A program made the translations under genes and the position numbers. DNA of 40,742 nt from Prosthecobacter sp. (GTDB lineage Bacteria; Verrucomicrobiota; Verrucomicrobiia; Verrucomicrobiales; Verrucomicrobiaceae). Below are positions 16,796-26,252 of the stretch, piece by piece. The DNA is taken from assembly GCA_041688535.1 (NCBI GenBank), contig JBDNIB010000297.1, positions 1 through 40,742 on the forward strand, read 5' to 3'. Under the pieces are notes generated by a model. The model saw only the letters and a program-made list of their open reading frames with translations, ran no database searches and was not told the DNA's origin. Every line of letters begins with the position of its first letter. The first letter of the stretch is position 1.

Positions 16796-18725
16796 TTTTT
16801 TAAATGACAAACCAAAGACAAATATGAGCCAAGAACTATCGAAAACCGGGGACGTAAAAATCCAGTATATCAAGCAGGACGCGCTGCATGGCAGCCCGAC
16901 GAATCCGCGCAAACATTTCGCGGCGGAGCCGCTGGAGGAACTGAGCCGGAGCATCGAGGAGCATGGGATCCAGATGCCGCTGCTGTGCCGCGTGTCGCCG
17001 CATGAGGAAGGCAAATTTGAGATCGTGGCGGGTGAACGCCGCTGGCGTGCCAATGGGCTGCTGCTGGAGCGCCTGGCTAGCGCTGGGCGCGATGAGATGT
17101 ATGAGCGGCGGCTGCTGCTGCCGGTGATCCTGCGCGTGCTAGACGATGCAACGGTGCTGGAGCTGCAATTGATCGAGAATCTGCAACGGACGGACCTGAC
17201 TGCGTTGGAGGAGGCCGCTGGGTATCAGGCATTGCTGGACCTGCCAGGGAAGGCGTACACGCCAACGATCATCGCGCAAAGAGTGAGCAAAAACGTGCAA
17301 ACGGTGCGGAACAAACTCCGAATGCTCGGCGCGCCGCAGGTGCTGCAGGATGCGCTGGCGGATGCGCTGGCGGGGATCAGCCCGCTGCATCTGGTGCTGG
17401 TGTCCAAGGTCGCGGGTGCGCAAAATCGCGAGCAGTGCGCGCGCGAAATCATGCAGGGTGAGTTTGATTATGAGCTGCAAAAAAAAGTGCCGATGTCCGC
17501 CCGCGAAACTGCGGTGCATATCACGGAAAAATACCGGCGGCCGCTCAAGGGGGTGGCGTGGGATCTGGCGGATGCGGAGCTGGTGCCGGAAGCGGGGGCG
17601 TGTGTGACGTGTCCGCACTTCGCGCAGCACGCGGCGACGCAGGATGAAGAGCTGGCTGCAGAGCTGGGCGGTGCGCGCGGGCAAACACAACCGCTCACGT
17701 GTATGGATCCGGCGTGCCACCAGCGCAAGCAAGCGGCGGCATTTCGGCGGTGTGAAGCGGCGGCGAAAGAAGGGGTGGTGACAGTGATGAAACCGAAGGA
17801 GGCGGCGGCGATCATGAGCGCGTCGGGCATCATGCACTGGAACGCAAAATGGGTGAAGCTAGACGACAAGCCGGGCCATGCAGTGACCGGACACTACGAT
17901 GCCAGCAAGCTGCCGACCTGGCGCGTGCTGATAGGTGACAGGCTGCCGCCTGGCGCGCTTACAGTGGCGAACACAGAGCTGGGCGGGATCATCGAGCTGG
18001 TGCTGCTGGCGGATGCGATGACGGCGGCGCAGGGCGATGCGACACACGGCGAGCTGTTCCAAAAAATGCCGCCGAGCGGGAAGAAGGAGCTGACGGAAGA
18101 ACAGGCCAAACAGAAAGAAAAGGAAGTGTTTGCGGGGAAGGTGATGGCGCGGGAGAAAAACTGCCTGCTGCAGCATTTGTTCGATAGCGCGATGGCGAAG
18201 GGGCTGGATGCCGATGGCGGCCTGGCGGTGCTGGATTGCCTGCTGCATGAGGCGGGCATGGAGGGCAATCGGCTGATCTGTAGCTGGCAGAAGCTGGAGC
18301 CTGCGGCGGTCAAAAAAGGCGACGAGCTGAGCCAGGGACACTATCGCGCGGCGATCATGACGAGCCTGCGGGCGCGTGATGCAGGCAAGCCGGAGATCGA
18401 CGCGATGATCATGATCGCTGGTCTGGCCAAATGGGTGAAGGTCTATGGTCAAAGCATCAGCAGCCTGGGATCGCTGCAGGAGTATTTCGGCTTTGATAAG
18501 CGCACGATCACGGCGCTGGCGACGGCTGAGGTGCGGGCTGAAATGGCGGCGAAGGCGGCGAAGAAAAAGCCAGCGGTAGCGGTGAAAAATAACAGCGTGG
18601 ACCCGGTGGAGGTGAGTGCGGAGAAGGAGGCGGGAAAAACGGCGGCGGCGGATGCACGAGCGAAAGATGGGGACGGGCTGAAGCCCGAACTACGAACGAA
18701 GAAAACGAAAGTAACACAATCATGA
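16788..18725 (+). CDS. ParB/RepB/Spo0J-family protein
   Basis: NPRKHF, GERRWRA, ENLQRTDL, HTH, Cys cluster; in-frame REP at C-terminus. Confidence 0.9.
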   Translation: MTDFLNDKPKTNMSQELSKTGDVKIQYIKQDALHGSPTNPRKHFAAEPLEELSRSIEEHGIQMPLLCRVSPHEEGKFEIVAGERRWRANGLLLERLASAGRDEMYERRLLLPVILRVLDDATVLELQLIENLQRTDLTALEEAAGYQALLDLPGKAYTPTIIAQRVSKNVQTVRNKLRMLGAPQVLQDALADALAGISPLHLVLVSKVAGAQNREQCAREIMQGEFDYELQKKVPMSARETAVHITEKYRRPLKGVAWDLADAELVPEAGACVTCPHFAQHAATQDEELAAELGGARGQTQPLTCMDPACHQRKQAAAFRRCEAAAKEGVVTVMKPKEAAAIMSASGIMHWNAKWVKLDDKPGHAVTGHYDASKLPTWRVLIGDRLPPGALTVANTELGGIIELVLLADAMTAAQGDATHGELFQKMPPSGKKELTEEQAKQKEKEVFAGKVMAREKNCLLQHLFDSAMAKGLDADGGLAVLDCLLHEAGMEGNRLICSWQKLEPAAVKKGDELSQGHYRAAIMTSLRARDAGKPEIDAMIMIAGLAKWVKVYGQSISSLGSLQEYFGFDKRTITALATAEVRAEMAAKAAKKKPAVAVKNNSVDPVEVSAEKEAGKTAAADARAKDGDGLKPELRTKKTKVTQS

Positions 18726-19246
18726 AAACGCAAATTATGCTGGATTTAGAAACGCTGGGCGCACGTCCCGGCTCGGTGGTGGTGGCTATCGGCGCAGTGA
18801 AATTTGATGGTGAAAAAATCACTGATGAATTCTATGTGCGCATCAATGCGGCGAGCTGCGTGCAGCTCGGTCTGCAGATGGATCCTGAAACCGTGATGTG
18901 GTGGCTGCAGCAAGCCGATGGGCCGCGCCTGGAGATCACCAAGCCGGCGGCTAATTTGTCCGTAGCGTTGTTACAATTTAGCGCGTGGGTGGGCACTGAC
19001 GAGGCGGAGATGTGGGGGAATGGTGCGGCGTTCGACAATGTGCTGCTGGTCGAGGCGTATAGCGCGGCGGGGCAAAAGCCGCCGTGGGATTTTTGGAATG
19101 ATCGGTGCTATCGCACAATGAAGAATTTATGTCCGCAGGTGATTATGCAACGCGAGGGGGTGCATCATCACGCGCAGTATGATGCGCGCGATCAAGCGCT
19201 GCATCTGATGGCTATTTTCCGCCGCGCGAGATGCGCAGACGTTTGA
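18722..19246 (+). CDS. DEDDh 3'-5' exonuclease
   Basis: MLDLETLG, WGNGAAFD, HHAQYDA. Confidence 0.85.
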   Translation: MKTQIMLDLETLGARPGSVVVAIGAVKFDGEKITDEFYVRINAASCVQLGLQMDPETVMWWLQQADGPRLEITKPAANLSVALLQFSAWVGTDEAEMWGNGAAFDNVLLVEAYSAAGQKPPWDFWNDRCYRTMKNLCPQVIMQREGVHHHAQYDARDQALHLMAIFRRARCADV

Positions 19247-19291
19247 GGCTGATGCCAGCAATTAATTTGTTTAGTTTTTCACTCCCCAACC

Positions 19292-20386
19292 ATGGACATT
19301 ATCGACCGAGCACGGGCCTGTGTGGCTACGCGACCGCCTGCCATCCAAGGCAGCGGTGGGAACGCGACGACGTTTAGCGTGGCGTGCCTGCTAGTGTGGG
19401 GCTTTGGTCTGGAGCCTGATCAAGCGCTGCCGCTGCTGATGGAGTACAGCGCACGATGCGCGCCGCCGTGGGCGGAGAAGGAGATGGCGCGGATGTGCAG
19501 GAACGCGCTGAATTTTGCGCATGACAAACCGCGTGGCTATATGCTGGGCGAGGGGACGCATGAGATGGGGAGCAGCCGACCAATCGCAATCGCTGCACCG
19601 AGCTACCAGCCGCCGTCGCGCATGACGTTTGATCTGGACTCGCTGCGGACGGTGCAACCTCCGCAACCTATTGATGAGGCGTGGCTGGCACAGCGATCGC
19701 CGATCATGCTGGAGGGCTGTGATGCGGCGGGTTTTTTGCGGCACGCGTTTGAGTTTGAAGACAAGGTTCTCGTCTTCACGAAATTCGCGTCGCAAGGGCA
19801 ATATATGTTTTGGCGGGGGCAGTCGTATCGACTGGCTGAGCGCCCTGGCGTGGCAGCGGTGCGTGCTCCGCTGCCACGGGGCGGACCGGATGGCGTGTGG
19901 TATCTGTCGCAGCCGACAACGGGCAAGTGGGAGACTAATCCGCGCGCGGCTGGTGGACCGAAAGCAAGCCGAAGATCGCAGGAGAGTATCGCGTGCTGGA
20001 GGCACCTGGTGATCGAGGCGGACCCGGTGGAGGAGCTAAAAAAAGACCCGGTGAAGCTAGCTGAATTTGAGCGGCTGTGGCTGGGATTTTTGGCGGCGTT
20101 GGAACTGCCGGTGAAGGCCATCTATACGAGCGGAGGGAAGTCTACACACGCGCTGGTGCTGCTGCCGTGCTCGCACAAGGGAATGTTTGACTCGATGATG
20201 AAAATGGTGGTGCCGTTGTTCTCGAAACTGGGGGCTGATCCGCGTGCGCTGCGGGCGGTGCAGCTCACGCGGCTGCCGGTGTGCATGCGCGGCGATAGGA
20301 GGCAGCGATTGCTGTACCTAAATCCAGCGCCAGAACTCGGTGTGAGTATCTATAACATGCCGCCCGTCGAGAGGAGACGGGCGTGA
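19292..20386 (+). CDS. Putative DNA primase (AEP/RepB-like)
   Basis: PAIQGSGG N-domain, IEAD, YTSGGKSTH, LTRLP; upstream of helicase. Confidence 0.7.
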   Translation: MDIIDRARACVATRPPAIQGSGGNATTFSVACLLVWGFGLEPDQALPLLMEYSARCAPPWAEKEMARMCRNALNFAHDKPRGYMLGEGTHEMGSSRPIAIAAPSYQPPSRMTFDLDSLRTVQPPQPIDEAWLAQRSPIMLEGCDAAGFLRHAFEFEDKVLVFTKFASQGQYMFWRGQSYRLAERPGVAAVRAPLPRGGPDGVWYLSQPTTGKWETNPRAAGGPKASRRSQESIACWRHLVIEADPVEELKKDPVKLAEFERLWLGFLAALELPVKAIYTSGGKSTHALVLLPCSHKGMFDSMMKMVVPLFSKLGADPRALRAVQLTRLPVCMRGDRRQRLLYLNPAPELGVSIYNMPPVERRRA

Positions 20387-22242
20387 AGGTGGATGCTATC
20401 GACGACGTGGCGGCGGTGCTGCGATCTGCATTTGAGGCGGCGGATGTGCCGGTGCCGGATGAGGCGGCACTGACAGTGCCGATGCTAAATGTGAATCTGC
20501 CGATTGACGATCTGGCGAATCGCGTGGCGGATTTGCTCAAGGCCAGCGATGGCAGATGGGGACTGTTTCGGGCTGACGATACGATAGTGACGGTGGATGA
20601 AGCGCGGGGCGGGAAAAAGGCGATGACGGCGCGTGGGTTTCGCACCTGGCTGCCAGGGGTGCGCGGCGTTTTTCCAGTCGCGAAATGGTATGAGAGCGGT
20701 GAGACGGATGAGCATGGCAACAAGGTCAAGAAACCGATCAAGGGCGAGCTGACGAAGGATCAAGCGGAGACCATGCTGGATGTGAATGGCGTGCTGATGG
20801 CGAAGCTGCCGCGGCTGAATGCGATCAATGCGGTGCGGCTGCCGGTGCTGGATGCGGTAGAGCTGGATGAGCGAGGCAATGCGCGGATGCGACTGCTGCA
20901 GCATGGCTACGATGCGCCGACGGGCATCTATACCTGCCGGGGTGGCGTGGACTACAGCGACGCGATGGATTTTGACGAGGCGGTGAATTACTTCTGGGAG
21001 CTTTTTCGCTGGTTCGGCTGGCGGACGCCGCAGCGTGATTTTGCGATTCATTTGTCGGCGATTCTGACCATGTATGGGCGGGGGATTTATGCCGGGAAAG
21101 CGCCGATGCATTTCTACAACGCGAATATTCAGGAGTCGGGCAAAACGACGCTGGCGAGCTATGTGACCTGGCTGACGCATGGTTCGATGCAGACGCGGCC
21201 GCTGCTGCCGGATGCGGAGGACAAGCTCATGGAGGTGCTGAATACAGCAGCGCTGCATGGCAGCCCGTATGTGTTTTTCGACAATGTTGACTGGGGGAGT
21301 GACCCGGTGAAAACAGTGCTGCTCGATGAATGGCTCTCCAACAGAGAGCGTGTGTTTCGCAAGCTGGGCGGCAACAACGAAGGGGCAGTGAAACTGCGAG
21401 CGATGACGCTGGGGACAGGCAACAACACGACGCTGAGCGCCGATTTGCAGCGGCGTTCTTTGATCGTGGATCTGCTCAATCGGCAGGCTGGTGCGGATCG
21501 CGAATTGCCTAAAAGCGTGCGGCTGCTCGATGATGCGTTTTTCGAGAGTGAGAAGAATCGGAGCGAGGGGCTGGCGGCCGCCTGGGCGTTGATCCGCGAC
21601 TGGGACACAGATGGCCGGCCGGCGTGGCCGCACAAGGAACTTGGCAGTTTCAACATGTGGTCTCGCGTGATTCCTGCCGTGGTTTTGCACGCGGGAAAAA
21701 AGGGCGCGAGCGCGAATTGGAACTGCATGGTGGTGAGCCCGAATGAGAATATTGGCGACAAGGACAGCGTGGAGTTTCGGAAGCTGGCGGAGCTGGCGCT
21801 GGCGGAGTTTGGTCCTGGAGAGGATCGCGTGATGCGCGATACATTTGAAATCACGGTGGCGCAGTTTGCTGGCGTGGCGCGGCGGCATGCGGTAGCGACG
21901 CATGCGCTTTGGCCCCAGAAAGATATCGAGTCCGTGATGCAGACTGAGGGGCAGTCGGGGGGATGGAAGGCGGCGGCGACAACGCTGCCGATGGCGGATG
22001 CGCTGGAGGACGTGGACGCTTGGGCAGGCGGGTCCACGGGCGATGAGATGGGGCGGAAGAGGAGCGCTAGCGAATGGATGTCGCCAAAGTCGCGAAGTGC
22101 CTTTGGGAACGCGCTCAAGAGCAAACTGAACGAGCTTTATTTTCACGGGCCAGATGGGCGGGAGTATGAGCTCCAGCATTGCGGCCAGGTGACTCCGGCG
22201 CGATACAATGTCGAGCGGGTCAAGGTGGCGAAGCGGGCCTGA
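20383..22242 (+). CDS. Putative replicative helicase/P-loop NTPase
   Basis: Walker A ESGKTT, Walker B VFFDN, GTGNN, DLQRR. Confidence 0.7.
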   Translation: MKVDAIDDVAAVLRSAFEAADVPVPDEAALTVPMLNVNLPIDDLANRVADLLKASDGRWGLFRADDTIVTVDEARGGKKAMTARGFRTWLPGVRGVFPVAKWYESGETDEHGNKVKKPIKGELTKDQAETMLDVNGVLMAKLPRLNAINAVRLPVLDAVELDERGNARMRLLQHGYDAPTGIYTCRGGVDYSDAMDFDEAVNYFWELFRWFGWRTPQRDFAIHLSAILTMYGRGIYAGKAPMHFYNANIQESGKTTLASYVTWLTHGSMQTRPLLPDAEDKLMEVLNTAALHGSPYVFFDNVDWGSDPVKTVLLDEWLSNRERVFRKLGGNNEGAVKLRAMTLGTGNNTTLSADLQRRSLIVDLLNRQAGADRELPKSVRLLDDAFFESEKNRSEGLAAAWALIRDWDTDGRPAWPHKELGSFNMWSRVIPAVVLHAGKKGASANWNCMVVSPNENIGDKDSVEFRKLAELALAEFGPGEDRVMRDTFEITVAQFAGVARRHAVATHALWPQKDIESVMQTEGQSGGWKAAATTLPMADALEDVDAWAGGSTGDEMGRKRSASEWMSPKSRSAFGNALKSKLNELYFHGPDGREYELQHCGQVTPARYNVERVKVAKRA

Positions 22243-22412
22243 TAGCGAGCGCGGCCGCCGAAGCAAGGCGTGGACCAATCACGGGCCGTGCTCTGGCCGC
22301 GTGATGCGGTCGCGGGCCGTAGCGTGTAGCGCGGCCGCCTCTGCTCTAGGAGCACGGCATGTGCGGCAGCATCAGCGCATCGCGCTGGACAGATCTCCGG
22401 TTCGGGGTGCGC

Positions 22413-22620
22413 CCTCCCGCGCCCTCCCGACCTCCTGTTTTTGTTAGGTCAGGGGGCGCAACCTCCCCGACCTATGGGGGAAATTGAGGAATTGACCGCG
22501 TTTAGATTTCGGCGGATGCCATTGACCTCCCCGACCTATGGGCAAGAGGATAGCACCTGTAGCGGCTGGAAGCCTTGATTTACCAAGGATTTTGGGAGGT
22601 AAGGGAGGTAAGGGAGGTAT
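22413..22620. other. Candidate replication origin (iterons)
   Basis: ACCTCCCCGACCTATGGG at 22461 and 22525; inverted GGGAGGTA x3 at 22594-22620; non-coding, directly after primase/helicase; near skew switch. Confidence 0.65.
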
Positions 22621-22814
22621 TTGGAAGTCCGGTCTTTTGCTCTGTCGGTGGTGATAGCTAGCCGAGTGGCTGGAAATGTCCCATGCACCTCCAAAAGCTA
22701 GCTGCTGGCGGCGAAAAAAAGGAATCTTTTAGCCTCGTTCTGAGTCTCAGGCGGGATTATCGTCCCTGCCCCTTTTTTTGAGCGCGCCCCCAAATTGCAA
22801 AATGACACTTTGAA

Positions 22815-22836
22815 TTGACACTTGCCAAGATTGATG
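22815..22836 (+). promoter_or_regulatory. TTGACA-N13-start motif (representative of 10 late copies)
   Basis: Also at 4626, 7962, 25663, 25910, 31097 (13 nt to ATG/GTG) and 28899, 29528, 33624, 37337 (longer leaders). Confidence 0.75.
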
Positions 22837-23736
22837 GCCGAAAGCATCTCTACCCCCCTCGCTCAAGCTGTGCCTTCGGAATTCGCAAGCGCGCGATGCG
22901 CGGCACTCATGCGGCGCTACGCGCTCGGCCATGTGCTGACGGCGGCGCACAAAAAAGAGCTGGACAGCGTGCTCCCCGTTGGCAAGCCAATGGCGAAACG
23001 CGCCACCAGCGAGACCTATCGATTCAAGCTCGCTTACTACGCCAAATTTTTTAAGCTGGCGGGCAAAGATCCTGAGCGAAAATTAAAGCGCTGGATTGCA
23101 AAAGGGCGCGAGGTTTCGCCGGCAGACATGCCGCCCTTTGATTCGCCCGGCCTCATGGCTGACTGGTGGCGGCGGCACATGGAATGGCGTGTGCCGCTTT
23201 ATTTGCTGCGCCACGAGCAGCCGGACGCGGCAATTGACCCGCCTGGCGCGCCGCCTACCACGCCCGCACCATCCCCCGCGTCGATGGGTGACCCGACGGG
23301 GGATCCCGTCGTGCTCGATATGAGCATGGATATTGCGACAGACATGGGCTTGCAGCAAATTCGCGCGCTCGTTGTCGCCACATTTCAACAGCTCCAGCGC
23401 TGCATGGCGAGCGGTCATCTGGCCCAAGCCAATAATTTTCGGCGCGAATGGCAAAGCCTCGTCGGCACCCTCCGCCAGTGGGAAAAAGACATCGTAAAAA
23501 TCCAGGAGGGCAAAGGCGAAGTGATGCGCACGCGCGTCATCAATACGGAGCTGGTGCGGATATTCGGAGTCTTGCGGCAAAGCTTCACCAATGAGCTGCT
23601 TGATCTCGCTGAACAACTCGCGCCGGAAATGCCGCCGCCTGAACGGCGCGAGATAGTCTTGCGCAGGCGTGACAAATGTTTCGTGCATCTCAAATCAACG
23701 CGCTTTGTATCTAGCTATCAACCGACCAATGAGTGA
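22834..23736 (+). CDS. terS: Terminase small subunit
   Basis: Overlaps start of the large terminase; HTH-like N-terminus and coiled C-terminus. Confidence 0.7.
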   Translation: MAESISTPLAQAVPSEFASARCAALMRRYALGHVLTAAHKKELDSVLPVGKPMAKRATSETYRFKLAYYAKFFKLAGKDPERKLKRWIAKGREVSPADMPPFDSPGLMADWWRRHMEWRVPLYLLRHEQPDAAIDPPGAPPTTPAPSPASMGDPTGDPVVLDMSMDIATDMGLQQIRALVVATFQQLQRCMASGHLAQANNFRREWQSLVGTLRQWEKDIVKIQEGKGEVMRTRVINTELVRIFGVLRQSFTNELLDLAEQLAPEMPPPERREIVLRRRDKCFVHLKSTRFVSSYQPTNE

Positions 23737-25666
23737 CCTTTTTTCCGTCGCGCAAGCCAAGCAGTTCATCGGCACGCCGGAGAGTGATTTCTTGCTCGAT
23801 CTTGTCGCCTCTGTGATGCAGACCCAACCTACAGAGCCGGTGTGGAAATGGGCGGAGCGGCATGTGTGGCTAGATGAAAAAATGAGCGCCAAGCCCGGCC
23901 AGTATAATTCGAGTTTTACCCCGTGGACGCGCGAATGGCAAGAGCTGCCACTGCGCCCGGAAGTGCGCGAAGGCGTGTTCATGAAATCATCGCGTACCGG
24001 CGTGTCCGAGGCCGCGCTGAACATACTTCGCTGGATGCCTGACAATTGGCCTGGCAATGCGTTGTACTCGATCAACTCAGACAAAAAAGCGCGCGAAGTC
24101 GGCGAGCGCCGTATTCTGCCATCAGTGCAAAAAATCGCCGGTGCGCAAATGACCGATGATGAAAACGACGCCACGCTTTCGCGCATCTCGCTAAAAAACA
24201 TGGACATCATGATCTCCGGCTCTGGCTCCGATGGGCCGTTCATGGAAATCTGGTACCGCTTGATCATCCTCGACGAGTTAGAAAAACACATTGTGTCGCA
24301 GGGCACCACGACGTACGACCGCGCCAAGTCGCGCCAGACCGATGTCACCGATGGTCTGCTGCTCGCGCTATCAAAGCCAGAAGATGCGGGCGGCGTCATC
24401 GATCTCAAATACATCAACGGCACACAAAAAAAGTTCCTTGTGCCGTGTCCTCGCTGTGATCAGCGCATTGAATTCCTGACAAAATTTCTCGTCGCAAATC
24501 ATTGCAAAGAAGACTCCGGCTGGAACCTCCAGCGCGTGGTGGCGGAGACGTACTATCAATGCCAGCTTTGCCAGCAGCCTATCCACGAACACGAAAAACG
24601 CGCAATGGTCAACGCTGGCGTTTGGGTGCCAACCCCGGAAGCACAACGCCGCCGTCCGCCGAATGGAAACTATGTGCCACCCGAGCCAGGCGTCGAGTCA
24701 TACCAGATTTCAGACCTTTACTCGCTCTTTGAGCGCGTCAACTGGGGCAACCTCATGAAGATGTGGCTACAGTCGAATGTCATCAATCCGACCGAGGAAG
24801 CGAAAAAGTATTTTCGCATGAACCACGAAGGTATGCCCTGGGAAAATGAAACCTATAGCATCACGAAAGAAACGGTGCAGGCATTGCAGGCCGGGCGTGT
24901 TGAGGAGCAGATGATCAAGGCCGCCGACGGCACCGAAAGCCGAGTGCGGGTGCAGCTTGGCGAGTCTTTCCGGCTCGCCTATCGCCATGGCCAGTTCAGC
25001 TCACCGCTGCCGTTCCGTCCGGCGATGCTTTTCGTGACTATCGACAAACAGTGGGACCATCTAAAGTACATGGTGTGCGCGTGGAACTCGGATGCAGAAA
25101 ATTTCCTTGTCGATCTCGGCCGTCTAAGTGACGAGGATCAGCTCAATGATTTGCGCACGCGACCTTATTACGTCGCCGGTAGATCGCAGCCGGAGTACAT
25201 CTTCTCCGGCCTGCTCGATTCGGGGCATCGTCGCGATGAAGTGTATCGCGCCTGCATCAAACATCAGACCACCGCCTGCGCAATCCACCCTGCCGGCTGG
25301 CAGCTCCACCCGTGTCGTGGCGAGGGCAAACATGAGGAGTATCGTGGGCGGCTCTCGCGCCTCATGACAGATTACATCGACGGCCAAGAAATTGCCGTGC
25401 GCATGTTTTTCGATCACGGCCTCAAAAACGAAATCTACATCGGCCAAATGCAAAAGCGCAAAGCGCCGCGCCTTTGGTTGCCGCTCGATTATCCGGCAGA
25501 GCTGGAAAACGAACTCACCGCTGAAATTTACGACAAGTCCGCGAATAAATGGGTGCATGAAAAAATCAAACGCGGCCCGAATGACTGGGGCGATTGCCTG
25601 AAGTATCAATACGGCGGCCTGCAGGAGTTTCGCGAAGAGCTCAAGTCGCTGCCGTTGCCAGATTGA
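23729..25666 (+). CDS. terL: Terminase large subunit, lambda gpA family
   Basis: FTPWTRE, MKSSRTGVSE, ILDELE, VPCPRC, YQCQLC, PNDWGDC. Confidence 0.9.
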   Translation: MSDLFSVAQAKQFIGTPESDFLLDLVASVMQTQPTEPVWKWAERHVWLDEKMSAKPGQYNSSFTPWTREWQELPLRPEVREGVFMKSSRTGVSEAALNILRWMPDNWPGNALYSINSDKKAREVGERRILPSVQKIAGAQMTDDENDATLSRISLKNMDIMISGSGSDGPFMEIWYRLIILDELEKHIVSQGTTTYDRAKSRQTDVTDGLLLALSKPEDAGGVIDLKYINGTQKKFLVPCPRCDQRIEFLTKFLVANHCKEDSGWNLQRVVAETYYQCQLCQQPIHEHEKRAMVNAGVWVPTPEAQRRRPPNGNYVPPEPGVESYQISDLYSLFERVNWGNLMKMWLQSNVINPTEEAKKYFRMNHEGMPWENETYSITKETVQALQAGRVEEQMIKAADGTESRVRVQLGESFRLAYRHGQFSSPLPFRPAMLFVTIDKQWDHLKYMVCAWNSDAENFLVDLGRLSDEDQLNDLRTRPYYVAGRSQPEYIFSGLLDSGHRRDEVYRACIKHQTTACAIHPAGWQLHPCRGEGKHEEYRGRLSRLMTDYIDGQEIAVRMFFDHGLKNEIYIGQMQKRKAPRLWLPLDYPAELENELTAEIYDKSANKWVHEKIKRGPNDWGDCLKYQYGGLQEFREELKSLPLPD

Positions 25667-25700
25667 CATCCCTGCTCTCGCATGCGCCACCGCATCGCCC

Positions 25701-25901
25701 TTGATGATCACCGACATCCAACGCCACCAGCTCGCCATCCTCGACCGCGCTAAAGTCATGTGCGAGGCCGAGGGCATCGTCGCAAAAATCGTCGGCTACG
25801 GCACGCTGCTATTGGTCCTCCCCGTCTATGGCGACGCTGGTGCCGAGCAGCTTATGCTTGATGCCACCGCGCCTGCCGCTCAGCTACCCGCACCGACTTA
25901 G
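25701..25901 (+). CDS. Hypothetical protein
   Basis: Fills the gap between terL and the next gene. Confidence 0.5.
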   Translation: MMITDIQRHQLAILDRAKVMCEAEGIVAKIVGYGTLLLVLPVYGDAGAEQLMLDATAPAAQLPAPT

Positions 25902-25928
25902 CCCGGACTTTGACACGCGTCGCGCCTT

Positions 25929-26252
25929 GTGGCTGCCACCGTCCTAAATTCCGAACTTCTCATCGCGGGCATCTTGCGGCGCGCGCGCGCCATGCCGGAT
26001 CCCGCCGCGTATCTTGGCGGGCTGCATGATGCCGCTTTTACCGCCGTGATGGCGGGTGATGAGTACGTTACCAATATCAGCGCCGACGGCGGGTCGAGCA
26101 CGGCGGAGCGCAGCCTGCCCGCCACCGTTCTCCTGCAGCTCTACGAGGCCGCATTGCAGAGCTATGAGGCCACCGCCGCTGCCGGCACTCGCGTCGGCGA
26201 TGGCTCCGTTCGGCACGGCGATTTCAGTCAATCTCCCAGCATTCTCGGATGA
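25929..26252 (+). CDS. Head-tail joining protein (gpW position)
   Basis: Synteny before the portal; TTGACA-N13-GTG. Confidence 0.6.
   Translation: MAATVLNSELLIAGILRRARAMPDPAAYLGGLHDAAFTAVMAGDEYVTNISADGGSSTAERSLPATVLLQLYEAALQSYEATAAAGTRVGDGSVRHGDFSQSPSILG

Noticed and set aside
16788-18725. Plasmid-prophage partition system
   Set aside because: ParB-like proteins are present but no ParA was found, and integrase plus attP indicate integration
20485-22278. Long antisense and off-frame ORFs (e.g. 20485..22278, 565..1524, 7472..8614)
   Set aside because: Shadow ORFs of high-GC genes with Arg/Pro-rich low-information translations
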